The notes under the pieces were generated by a model. That model was not told the origin of the DNA and made no database searches. It was given only the letters and a program-made list of their open reading frames with translations. Positions 14,801-26,800 of a stretch of 64,000 nt of DNA are shown here, piece by piece. This DNA is from Botryllus schlosseri (Eukaryota): positions 10,604,001 to 10,668,000 of the forward strand of contig CM119371.1 in assembly GCA_051294905.1 (NCBI GenBank). The letters run 5' to 3'. Position 1 is the stretch's first letter. Each line of letters opens with the position of its first letter. A program made the position numbers and the translations under genes.

Positions 14801-17800
14801 GAAAGCTGGATATTCCGAGCAAACATTTGTAACAAAGCAAGTAAAATATTTGAGGTTGTGAAGGCGCATGCTTGTTTAGTGTTGATTTTCTTTATGCTGC
14901 CAGCGCCATGCATAGAGTGGCCCGCAATAAATTTCAAATAAGGATGTTATAATGAAGTGAAATTGTAATATATGAAAAAGGTTCACAATGCAGAACCTAT
15001 CAAGATTCGTTTGTGTGTGAACCTCTAAATTTCCGAGGTTCACACACAGAACGCGAACGTGAACCTCACGTTTACACCATGCCTAATAAATACGCTCTCA
15101 GACTGCGTAAGTGCGTATTTATGGTGAAACGCTCCACCATGTATTGATAGTATTGATCGAAATTGTTGAGCAAAAGCGGTCACTCACGGCTCATTTGAAA
15201 CATGATCTTTCTCTCGCAGTGAATAGCGCCTACTTATTCGCACTAGGTATACTGATACATAGTAGACTCTATGAGGAAGTAACAAAATATTATCCATTTT
15301 TACAAGGTTTTCTCGTCTTCTTGATTATATACACGCTCGGTCGACCTGCTTTCGTTTAGCTTCGTGACGTAGTTGGTTAGGCGTTGACATTCGGAATCCA
15401 ATGATATATTACTTGTTGGTTTTGCATCCCATTAAGGTCGTGTTTTACGGTTTGAAAAGTGAAGCCGAATTTTTCGGAAAAACCTGCTGGTGCCAACCGG
15501 TTAAAAGGCCTTCTTGAAGGTACAGAACTTCAATATACAATAGTACATACATATTGAAAGAAACCAAAATATTTTCGGCTGACGCTCGTCATGGGTAATC
15601 GTCAGCAACTAGTAGAGAATAGGAAAGAACATTGTATATCAACAACTCTATCAACTAATATGACGTCACCGGCACGAAATTTCGAATATTCAGGGCGAAA
15701 TGATCGCTTTAGTTCATCGCTGTACTATTTTGAGATGGTACAGGAACTTCCTTTGTAGGCAAATGAAACATTGTGTGCCAATAAGTTGACTTTTATCAAA
15801 ATATGACATTGTCAATCAATTTGGTGTTAACAAAAGAAATTAGTGTAGGCAACCATCTAAAAAATATCACATTGACCTTGATTCACCTGGATTATTCGAA
15901 ATTTCATGCCGGTGACGTCATATTTTGTTATACGATTGTTGATATACAATGTTCTTTTCTATTCTCTACTAGTTGCAAAAGATCACCCCTGACAAGAGTC
16001 GGCCAAAAATATTCGGGAGTAGTTCAATAAGAACATACTATTTAAGTCAGAGGTCTCGAACTCAAATGTGCTCGCGGGCTAATTTCCTAGTTTCTAATGA
16101 CGCCACCGGCGTCAACGTATAATTCCGAATAGGCCTTATTTGACGGGAGCTTGCAGACAGGCATTCCACAAACATCGTGAAAATGTCATTTACTATTGTA
16201 CTATTCACGCTTGACATGGAGTTATAGATATCATGTGAGAGGGTGAATCATGATTCATGACATCGTGAAACTGTAGGGTTATAATATTGCAGCTGGTGGA
16301 CCTTTGACGTGCCGCAATTTTATGTGGAATATTTTAAAATCTACAGAAGATTAATCTGATATCATAGCATTTGAGCGTTGTAGCCTAGTCCTGATTTTGA
16401 TAAAGTCGTGATAAGTATTGGTTATTTTTACTGTCATTGTCAAATTAAATCTGTAGTTGATTTTGCCTTCAATTATTATTGGAACATATCAATGACAACT
16501 TGTATATATTCATCATTGAGCCACAGTAACGGCATTGCTTCTTAGCCTTTTTAGCGATTGTACCCCTTGTGCTTCCAATAAGATTTCTCGCTGCGTGTTT
16601 GAGACCTCTGATCCCAGTTATACTGAAGTTCTGTACCTCCAAGAAGTTCTTTATAGTTTTCAATTTTTTCAATTTCTTACTTCCAAAATGTTTGTTGTTT
16701 CTGAAAGTTGTAAACTTACGTTCTGTTGGCGCGATGGAAAACATAAACGGAACCGTCAGCAGCCGCAGCCACTCCCCCCACTTGCCCCATCACGTAACCG
16801 GCCTGCATTTGGGGGTAGGACAGATCGGCAATGAGCCCTTGGTAACGTGGCATTCCGTGACTTCGACTCTTTGTGGCATTCGAAAGACCGGCCAGCTCTG
16901 AAAATTTACGCAGTCAAAATGTGTTACATGTTACCATTTTATCATTATTTTTCATGAAAAAACCATTTCCAAACATGATATGAAAATATTTTCCGTGAAA
17001 CGCTGGCCAATGATACAACCGTCAGGTCATCAAGGCAGACTCTGACAACCAGAAAATTTTCAGCTATTAGATTACGATTAGAATTATAGCTACACATTTT
17101 TTTTTCAAGCTAGACATGAATTAAAATCAAGTTATTTCCATAGAACGTAGCTGTTTTAGATTTATCAACAAAGCGATGACCACCCGCCATTCTAACATGT
17201 GGTTCTAGAAGTCGCTATTCGAAGCACTAATCCTATTTATACTTGAAGAGGACTTTATTTGTTTGAGTAAGTTTTAAAAAGCAATTCCAAATGATTGGGT
17301 ATGTTTCACAGTCATAAGATTAATCCTTACACGCTTTTGACATCGCACCCACTGCTTCAGTGCTTAATTTCACTCCAAAAATGAGTATTTTGATTGTAAC
17401 ATTTTGTTTCTGTTCATCTTCAAGACAAAGTTCTATGGAAGTGAGATAGAAACATGTTACTCCTGCACCTTTTCAGCCCCAAACTAGCTTTCTGGCGACA
17501 GCGGTTATCACGATATGGCGAATTTAGCTATTTTCGGCGAAGTTGCACGGTCACTAGAGAGTGCAGGAACCAAAAATTAGCCTTTCATTTTAAAATGAGA
17601 AACATAACTTACTCTGCTCAATTTCATCGTCAGACAAGATCGGGTTGTCATTTTCTTCACCTGTCAAAGAGAAAATTGCTCGTAACAAAAGGCTCGTCGC
17701 AATCTATTTCTCCGCAATCTTCACACATTATCGATTGAGCCCCTTTGGGTCAATCATCATTAATACAAAGGTCAATAAAAATTATAAAATGGAACCTTGG

Positions 17801-20800
17801 AGTCCCAAGCTGCGAGATATATTGAGTCATCATTATTTTACATCGTGATATAAGATACCAAAACAGCAATCAAGCTAGTCATCAGACTCAAATTACTACC
17901 ATCAGTGGTTCTCAAACTTTACAACAAAATTCACAAAATGGTCACTTCACAAATTTTCTAACTGACTCGTGAATATAATCTACTTCATGGTGAGTGACCA
18001 TAGGCGCCGACTTACGAGGTTACGAGGTGGCGCAGCCACCTCGTCACCATATTTACGAGGTGGCGGCCACCTCGTACGAAATGCTCAAACGCCCAAGTTG
18101 TTTGTGACCAGTAATTAGTAATCAGGCCAATCGACGGGAGCTCGTTAGAGACGTCTTCGTTTTTGATACGCGCGTGTGCCAGGCGCGTAGCCACGGGGTT
18201 CGAATCCCCCTGTTTGAAACGCGAAACCCTGTCAATTTGAAATAACCATAAACTCCATTATTCAGCAGTGTTCCGTGCGGCCGATTTGCGAGAGGCAAGT
18301 TTTCAATCAGCGCGAAGAGTCTGTGATGATATGCCGCTGAGATGTCGCGAAATTAGGTCAGCCATTGCCGTCCGCGTGACAATCGTCGCCAGCCTGAATT
18401 ATGGCATCTCGGACAAGCCTGATTCCGCTGGCATGAACAATCGCATCTGCAATAGGCACAGTTCAAACTATATCATCGCTTGTCTGCGCAATCGCATCTG
18501 CATTGGCGGCTTCTGCCTGGTGTGCACGATATCATCGTGTTGACGATTATACGCGTATGATAAGCATGTCGACGAGTCCGGAAGTGCTGTTACTTAGCGT
18601 CAGCGACTCTCTGATCGGTCGTGAACGCGCGCTTATCAACGCGTCGAACAATTAAATACGCACGCTTATCAATGCGTCCTACGTCTTATGTAGCCTTGGC
18701 GACGATTTGCGCAAGTCAAAATGTACAAGTTTTTATGGAATATGTGCTATAATGACGCCGATTTCAGGTGGTTCAAACCTTACCTCTTTTATAACTCAAG
18801 CCTTATCACAGCTTCTGATGGTTATGTTCAAGTATTAGCGGAAAACAATTACGCATGTACGCACGCGTCGCACATGTTTGCGGACATTCGATGTCATTCA
18901 GTTTCGAGATGTCACTCTTTAATCCACACTCTTTAATCCATTGGGAAGTAGGAGCCAAAGCATGGTAGGCCCGAGACGCGGTAGTTAGGCTAGCGATATC
19001 TTTCGTACTGGGCCTATTGCAGATGCGATTGTGTATAGGCCAGTGACGATATCGTGTGCACCAAGTCAATGCAGATGCGATTTTGTAAGCCAACATTATA
19101 TCGTGCGCACCGGGCCTATTGCAGATGCGAATATTCAAGCCAGCGCAATTAGGCTTGTAGGTGACGCGATAAATCAGGCCAGCAACAATTGCCGAGAGCG
19201 GGGCAATGAATGACCTAATTTCGCAATTATCTCAGCGGGACATCGTGTCGCGTTACATTTTGCAATGGAATGCGTAAGCACGAATCTCGCTTATTGTCGA
19301 CACGCCTTTCGTTAATTGGCCGCGCGTAACACTAATATGACTTATTGAATTGCAACCGAGTATTAGCGTCGGAGAGCTCATTTGACAAGGACGGGGTTTC
19401 GCGCTTCTAAAGGAGGGGCTTTTGACCCCCGAAACCCCCCTGGCTGCGCGCCTGGATGCACTTCAAAAATGTTTAGCAAACGTAAATCGAGAAATGCACC
19501 AATGCCGCCAAAATCCCTGTTTTAATCTGCAAACAATTGCCACGATGCTAGCTTCTCAATTAACGCGAAACCAGAAACCGCAAGAGACAATTGCTGATTG
19601 GCTGCGCGATTTCGCGTTTGTAATCATCATTATTGTCGGTTTGAAACCTCATATTTGAGAGTTGTCGTGTGTTACTTGCAAACTTGCCAGCCCAGTGCGA
19701 AGTGCATTTCGTTACTCACGCGACGCATTGCTCGTTAATAACATTGATGCAACTTCAAATTCTCAGTGACGATAATTCTGATTTTTGTTCGATGCATACC
19801 GCTGACGGACGAATGATCCTACCGTTTTAAGACTCCAATTAATAACTCGACTGCATGGTTTGATATTAATGAGTGCAGAGCCGGTATTAAAACGTCACGC
19901 AAATGGTTTAACGCTGCACCGGCATGTAGTGAAGTGCGTTTTAGTGTGATGATGACGTCATCAACAGGGAACAATTATGACGTCACAAGACTTCGCTACC
20001 TCGTAAAAAAATAAAAGTCGGCGCCTATGTGAGTGACGATATGATTTCAGCCACCTTCGAGTTATGCGTTGCCTGATAAATTATACATTTACCAGGATTT
20101 GTCTTTTTCTGGATCATGAGAATGTTTTGGAACTTGCTTCGAGATCAGAAAAAAATCGTCCGACGGACCCCAAAATGACATCGGACCCTAGTTTGAGAAC
20201 CACTGAGCCAGATAATTCAAGATTTCCAGTTGCGTAATGACATTAATTCCTGCAAAACGCAGGTGTTCCGATCATAACACTGGCTAACAAAAAAAAAACT
20301 TTTTTTCGAGTGCTAAAGATATTTTAATGGTTTCTAGGTATGTTTGGGCTGCCGAGCCCGAAAACGACATCCGTCTCTCTGAGTTGGCTCTACTTTTTGA
20401 GATATCGATATTTTATATTGATTTATTTTTATTTATTTTATTCAATCGTCGTAAGTAGGATACTTGGAAATACGCAGATTTGTGCCTCACTCTGAGGAGG
20501 AACCCAACTCAAAGACAAAAACTGCCCTTGAACTGGAGCTTGAATAACATTTTACCGTACAAGAGAGAAAGAATTACTTCCGTATTTTAGCCAACACGAC
20601 GAACATTTTTACTGCAAAGAAATCGAAAGGGTTTAACTCAAAACGGAGGTATATGTTCGATTAGCGAGCTTTGGCAGCTTACTAACTGAACTTTGAGCGT
20701 TACTGAACTTAGCGTTTGGGCTTTGACGGCACCTGTTTTTGATTTACAAAAATATGTTGTTTACCGCTAATATCACGTAATTTTTATAATTTTTGCTTGA

Positions 20801-23800
20801 TTTTCAAGGCTCTTTGTGGTGACGATTGCGTTTGCAACGATATCGCTTCAGAAATAGAACAATACTGTATGCGCACACTTGAAGAGACAGATGTGAACTC
20901 ATTGAAGTTGTAGTATATAAAGTGAAATTTACCTATGCATATTCGGAAAAACGAATGTTATTTTCGGATTCAGCGACACAGGAATGTCCTAAAACCGCAG
21001 TACACAAAGATTCATAGTACACAAAGAACATTTTACCTATGTATAAAGCACTTTTCGAGCCAAAAATATGGAATATTTAAAAAATCGAGCTAATTCAGGA
21101 AAATTATGTCATTTTTTGATTCCGCGACCAAAAAATACACCAAAACTGTTGAAACTTTCTTGACACCAAAACGTGCGTCGACCAGTGTAATCTAATAAGT
21201 GAAATATTTCTATGCCCCCATCCTAATTCCAATCTAATTTCCGACTTTTCATTACTATGCTACACGAAAACTGTAGAGCACAGATTGGTGAACAGACATT
21301 TCCAATTCTCGTGCTTATGATAATCGGTCTTTGTGAATCCCGTAGCTCAATTCTGATTTGAATGGAAAAGACTGCAGCTATAACTTTACTTCTAAATTTT
21401 TTTAGTTGTCTATAGCAGCTGCTAGTCATAGCAACAATGGAACCAGTCAAGTCAATTTGATTAAAATAGAAAAACAACCTTCTTCGTGGTGATGGTGGTG
21501 GTGTTCCATCGGTACCGCTGGAATCGCGGCTTCTCCGTTCATAACCGCGTCAACAGAATCTGAGCAACAAAAATAATCTGAAATACCCAGGGCTGTAACC
21601 GAGTCACAAGTCAATCTCATTTTTATAATTTTGGCTCGAGTCAAGTCGAGTCTGAGTCCAAGTCATTGTGATGATTAATCAGTTCCAGTCAAAGTCTTGT
21701 TAAACCCGCTTTTTATGACTCTGTCTGGTGATATCGAATGCTTAGCATTTGTAATATACTAACTCTCATCACTTTTAGCTGTTTCTGGTTGCATTCTCAA
21801 GTACCAGTATTAATAGACGAAATCCCAACAGTGTGGTTACTTTACTATTTGAAATTAGAATGAAATTTTGGTCTTGGCCTTCTGAGTCTTGAGTCATATG
21901 ACTTGGGTAGAGTCATGCCCACTGTCTCGAGTACAAGTCGAGTCAATAAACAAACAACTCGAGTCATCAGAAAATAGTAACTCGAGTCGTTACAACCCTA
22001 AAAAAACCTGTTTCGTTACCTTGTCCTGCGTACCCCGGATACGGGGCCAGATCGTCGGCAGTGTCTGGAATCTCGACGTCGGTGTTCATGCCCCAACAGT
22101 TGAGGTCTTGACGGACGGCGTTCTCGTCGGAGGTGTAGAACATCAGATACAAGTTGCACATTTCATCCGATGAAGAAGCCCTTTTAGAAGAGACATGGAA
22201 TAAGGCGGACGAACGGTAGTGGTCGAAACTGAGTACAGGCCTGAGCGTATCGATTCAGAATCAAGTATTAGGTTTTGAGTCACGTCGAGCACATGATTAT
22301 CAATATTTATGATGTCACAAGAGTTTGATTGATGTCAAAATTATAAATATGTAGGCTACTTTTTACAGGGTTGTAATGAGTCGAGTCATGGCTGGGCTCG
22401 CAATATTTTGGTGACTCAAATTGACTCGAGTCATTATTTCAAATGCGTAAAATGACTCGACTAAGTTCATTTTTGTATCAACTGGACTTATCGTATGAGT
22501 CGAGACTGGGACGGCCACTAAGACAGACATTTCATTGTAACTTTGAATAATAGTAAAGTTTTTCGTCTATCAGTCCTGATTCTAGGAAAATAGGGCCAGA
22601 AACTGTTAAGACTGAGCAAAATCACGATATTATGAATGCGAGGCATTCTATACAACTCGAGTCGAAAAAAGTGGGTTGAATCGGAAGTAACTGAAAACCG
22701 AACAGTGGGCATAATGAGTTGGGCCCAGACTCGACCCTCTACTATCTGCCTTGGACTCGGACTTGACTCGGTGGTGAATTGAAAATGACGCGACTTGACT
22801 CGAGTCAAAACTATAAAAGTGAGATTGACTAGTGACTCAGAACCTTGCGACTTGGTTTGCAAGAAATGTGTTGGATATTGCAAGCACTTTTCAATTCACT
22901 CAGAATTGCTTGGGGCCGTATGTTTGACAACAACAGTTTTCTGAGCATCACTAGGCCTAGAACACTCGCTCCTTGCTTACCTATAAACCGCTATTTCTAC
23001 TTGCAATTAAGAAATAACTGCTACCTCTACTAGAGCACCAACTATATCTACTTTGTTGACCCCTCTGCCGATAAAACCGGTCAAGGACTTACCCTGCTGT
23101 GACACGAACATCTCTTGTGTTGTTATAATTGCATTGAGCGATCACAACGTCTCCCGAACGGAGGACAATTTCACCCCCAACGCGTGGGTAAAACGACTGG
23201 GGCCACTTCGGGTTCCCTTTTCCGATCATTTTGTATGCGTCGTCCCGGTAACGGTAACCAGTGATGACGTTTGCTGGAAGGATTATGGCGTTCACAAAAA
23301 GTAAAAACTACACAAAATAAATATAGAAAATTTACACAACGGAGCAGACTTGGATAACTAGATAATTCTATCTCTCTGATGAGACTAATTTAGAGTGAAA
23401 TTATCGTAATATACCGTAATTCTAATATAATTTGTGAAATTTTCTTTGCTACAATTCTAATTCTAATCCAATTCGTGAAAGATTTTTATGCTCTAATTTA
23501 ATTCTAATCTAATTTCTGGTAATTTGAAAGAAAAAAACTGTAACTATACTAGCCTAATTTGGAAAAGAATGTGTAGCTATAATTTTAATTCCAATCCAAT
23601 TTGAAACACTAGCTATAAATTTACTGCTAATCGAATTTGTAAAAAACTGAAGATATTATTCTAATTCTAATCGAATATAGAAAAAAACTTTATACCGTAC
23701 CGTAGCTATAATTGTTCTTTTCATCTAATTTGAAAAAAAACTGTATCTATAATACTAATTCTTATCCTATCTTTTTTTTAAATTGTGTAGCTATCATTCT

Positions 23801-26800
23801 AATTGTAATCGAATTTGGAAATACTATAGCTATAATTTTTAAGAGTAGGCCCTAATCGAATTAGGAAAAGAAAACTGTAGCTATTATCTTAATTCTAGTC
23901 TAGTTGACAAAAAAATGTGCAGCTGTATTTCTAATTCTATTAAAACTTGGAAAAAATCTGAGTACAGCAGCTAAAATTCTAATTCTAATCTAATTTGGAA
24001 AAAAAAACTATCTACGGTATAATATTAAATCTAGTTTAATTTGGAAAAAAACTATACCGTAGCTATAATATTAATTCCAGTGTAATTGAGAGAAACACTG
24101 TGTAGCGATAATTTCACTTCTAGTCTAGTTTGGAAAAAACGCTGTGAGGCAATAATTCTAATTCTTATCGAATTTGGAAAAAACTGCATGCGGTAGCTAT
24201 AATTGTAATTCTAATCGAATTTGGAAAAACTGTAAAGCTATAATTGTAATTCTAATTGAATTTGGAAAAGCTGAAAATTATCTAGTTGTCCAAGTCTGTA
24301 GTTGAGAGACTACTCACCGAGGTCGTGTGCGTGGGTCCGAAACGCAAACACGTGCATCGGGCTGGCCAGCTTGTTGACGCAACTGACGGGCGACGCCACA
24401 TTCGCAGAGTGCGGCGGCAGGTTGATGTCGAACGCACCCATCAGGTAGATGCCGGCAAAGTATTTTGGCCTGAAACACCAGCGCAAGTTTCGTGGGGAGG
24501 CGGTGATAGGCTACAATCGAGTGCACAATCAATATCCGCACTTCCAAATAAATTATTCCTCAGAACATTCAAATTCAAAATTTGTCCTTCCGAAAACCAA
24601 AGTTTATTTTGTTCACATCGTCATTCACACTACATATCAAATTGTGGATCAAGATCAGTGCTTCTGAACCTTAAATAACTTGCGGAAGACTTACGTCACA
24701 TTACAGGGAAATCCAACGATGGCCAAGATGGGCGTATCAACACAAATCAAAGTAGGGTAGAGGAGTTCAAGATGAGACATGCAATTTTTTCATAAAACAA
24801 TTTTGTGATGGACAGACTTCTTCAACTATGCTGCTCCGATTATGTCATTCTATAGTCCTACCATATTAACAAGGCAAACAGATACGAGGTTGGGCAGAAA
24901 AACGCCAAAAACTACATTTTCATAGTCTGTGCAAGTTATATGAATTCATGTTTGTAAGGGCACACCTAGATCATAGTATTTCATATTTAACAACAACATT
25001 ACTGGAGCTGGTAAAGTGCAATATTAGCAGCGTAATAATGCACTTAACTCTGAAAAGTGATAGACAGTTAATTTGTTATTGAAGTTAATACAATAATTGA
25101 GGTGTGGGGGTAAGATGAGACAAATCCATAGGGGTAAGTTGAGACATTTGAGCAAGGATTTTTGTATGTTGTTCAATATACCGGTAACTCGGAATATATC
25201 CATAAATAGTACAGATCACAGGCTTTCCATCGGTACCAAAATTAATCCTCGGAAGGCATTACTCTCTGAGTAGCATTGAAATATCAGAAAAGTGTCTCTA
25301 TACTTGGCCTCCTCACCCCTGCTTATGGATTAAGTGTGTGTGTGTTAACCTAAAGGGAACCCCTGAAACTGCATTATAATACACCAAGTGTTCATTGATA
25401 CAACGGCTCAGAATCACTGATCCAGATCTTAAATGAGGAAATGGTTCTACATGAATAGTATCAAGTAAAACGTAAGGGCAGGCACTTGAAATTGAAATAC
25501 TTAAATTTCGTATTCAAAAGTAGCGTAGGAATCAAATTCAGGGTTGTAACCAAGTCACAAGGCTCCAAGTCACAAGTCAATCTCACTTTTACAGAATTGA
25601 CTCGGGAGTCAAGTCGTTTTAAATTCACCATTGAGTCAAGTCCATATTCAAGTCAGCGAGCAGAGGGTCGAGTTCGAGTCATTGTGTTGACTGCTCAGTT
25701 TCCAGTTAAAGTCTTGTTAAATCCACTTTTTATAACTCTGTTTGGTTTGGTTTTCGAAGTACAGAACTTCAATATTGCAGCAAACAATACGTTCATGTTG
25801 CCTAATTTATTCCACTCGAAGCTTTTCGACTGGCTCTCATCAGGAGCGAACGCCAATAAATGAGTTTACCCAAGTTCTTTCTATATTTCGAACTTGGCTA
25901 GAACCTCATTTACTGGCGTTCGTTCCTGATGAGAGCCAGTCGAAAATCTTCGAGTGGTATAAATTTGGCAACACGAACGTATTGTTCGCTGCAATATTGA
26001 TATCGATTGGTTTGTATTTATAATAGACTAGTTTTCCTTACTTTTACCAGTTTTTTGTCGCATTTTCAAGTACCAGTATCGATAGACGAAATCCCAATAG
26101 GGTGGTTACTTTACTATCCTTCGAAATTACAATGAAATGTCGGTCTTGGCCGTCTGAGTCTCGAGTCATATGACTTGGTTTGAGTCATGCGCAATGACTC
26201 GAGCCCAAGTCCAGTCAATACACAGATTCCATAAAAGATAAAATGACTCGAGTCAAGTCGAGTCATCACAAATCGCGACTCGAGTCATTACAACTTTGAT
26301 CAAATTTTAAATATGAATTTTCATGATAAAAAAATAGATTTGAATAAAAAATTAAGATTTAATTCTTATTACGCACTCATTCAGACGAAGTTGAAAAAAG
26401 TTACAAGTTTGAGGTCGAACTCACGTTTGCCTGGTGACGTGAGCTGTAACCCCGGCGCACGAACCCTCCCTGAAAGCTTTCGCGAAATGCATGTTGACCA
26501 CGATGTAACGAATGTTCGAACCTTTCCCGATGCTGAAAATGAAAAAACGTTATCCGGTGTGACATCACACAAACGGCTCGGGACCGACCTGAAACCGACG
26601 TCTTTAGGGAGAGCGAGTTCCGGTGCGTTTCGCGCCCAAGCGAAAATGGTCGTCGGATTGGGGCACGGTAGACCGCATTTCCTGGGTAGAGATTAAAGTA
26701 GGACAACTATATAAGTGTCAGCTTTTCGAAATTAGATTACGATTGGAATTACTGAATTTTTGATCCATCTTTCGAATTAAGTCATATACCGCCTATAGGC

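Noticed and set aside
18190..18212. ggttcgaatcc B-box, possible tRNA gene
   Set aside because: No A box or cloverleaf; it is part of a transposon terminus.
23345..24298. Regular ~40-bp repeats resembling a CRISPR array or an introner
   Set aside because: The units are contiguous diverged tandem repeats without unique spacers, in a eukaryotic intron. The splice sites lie outside the element, so it did not create the intron.
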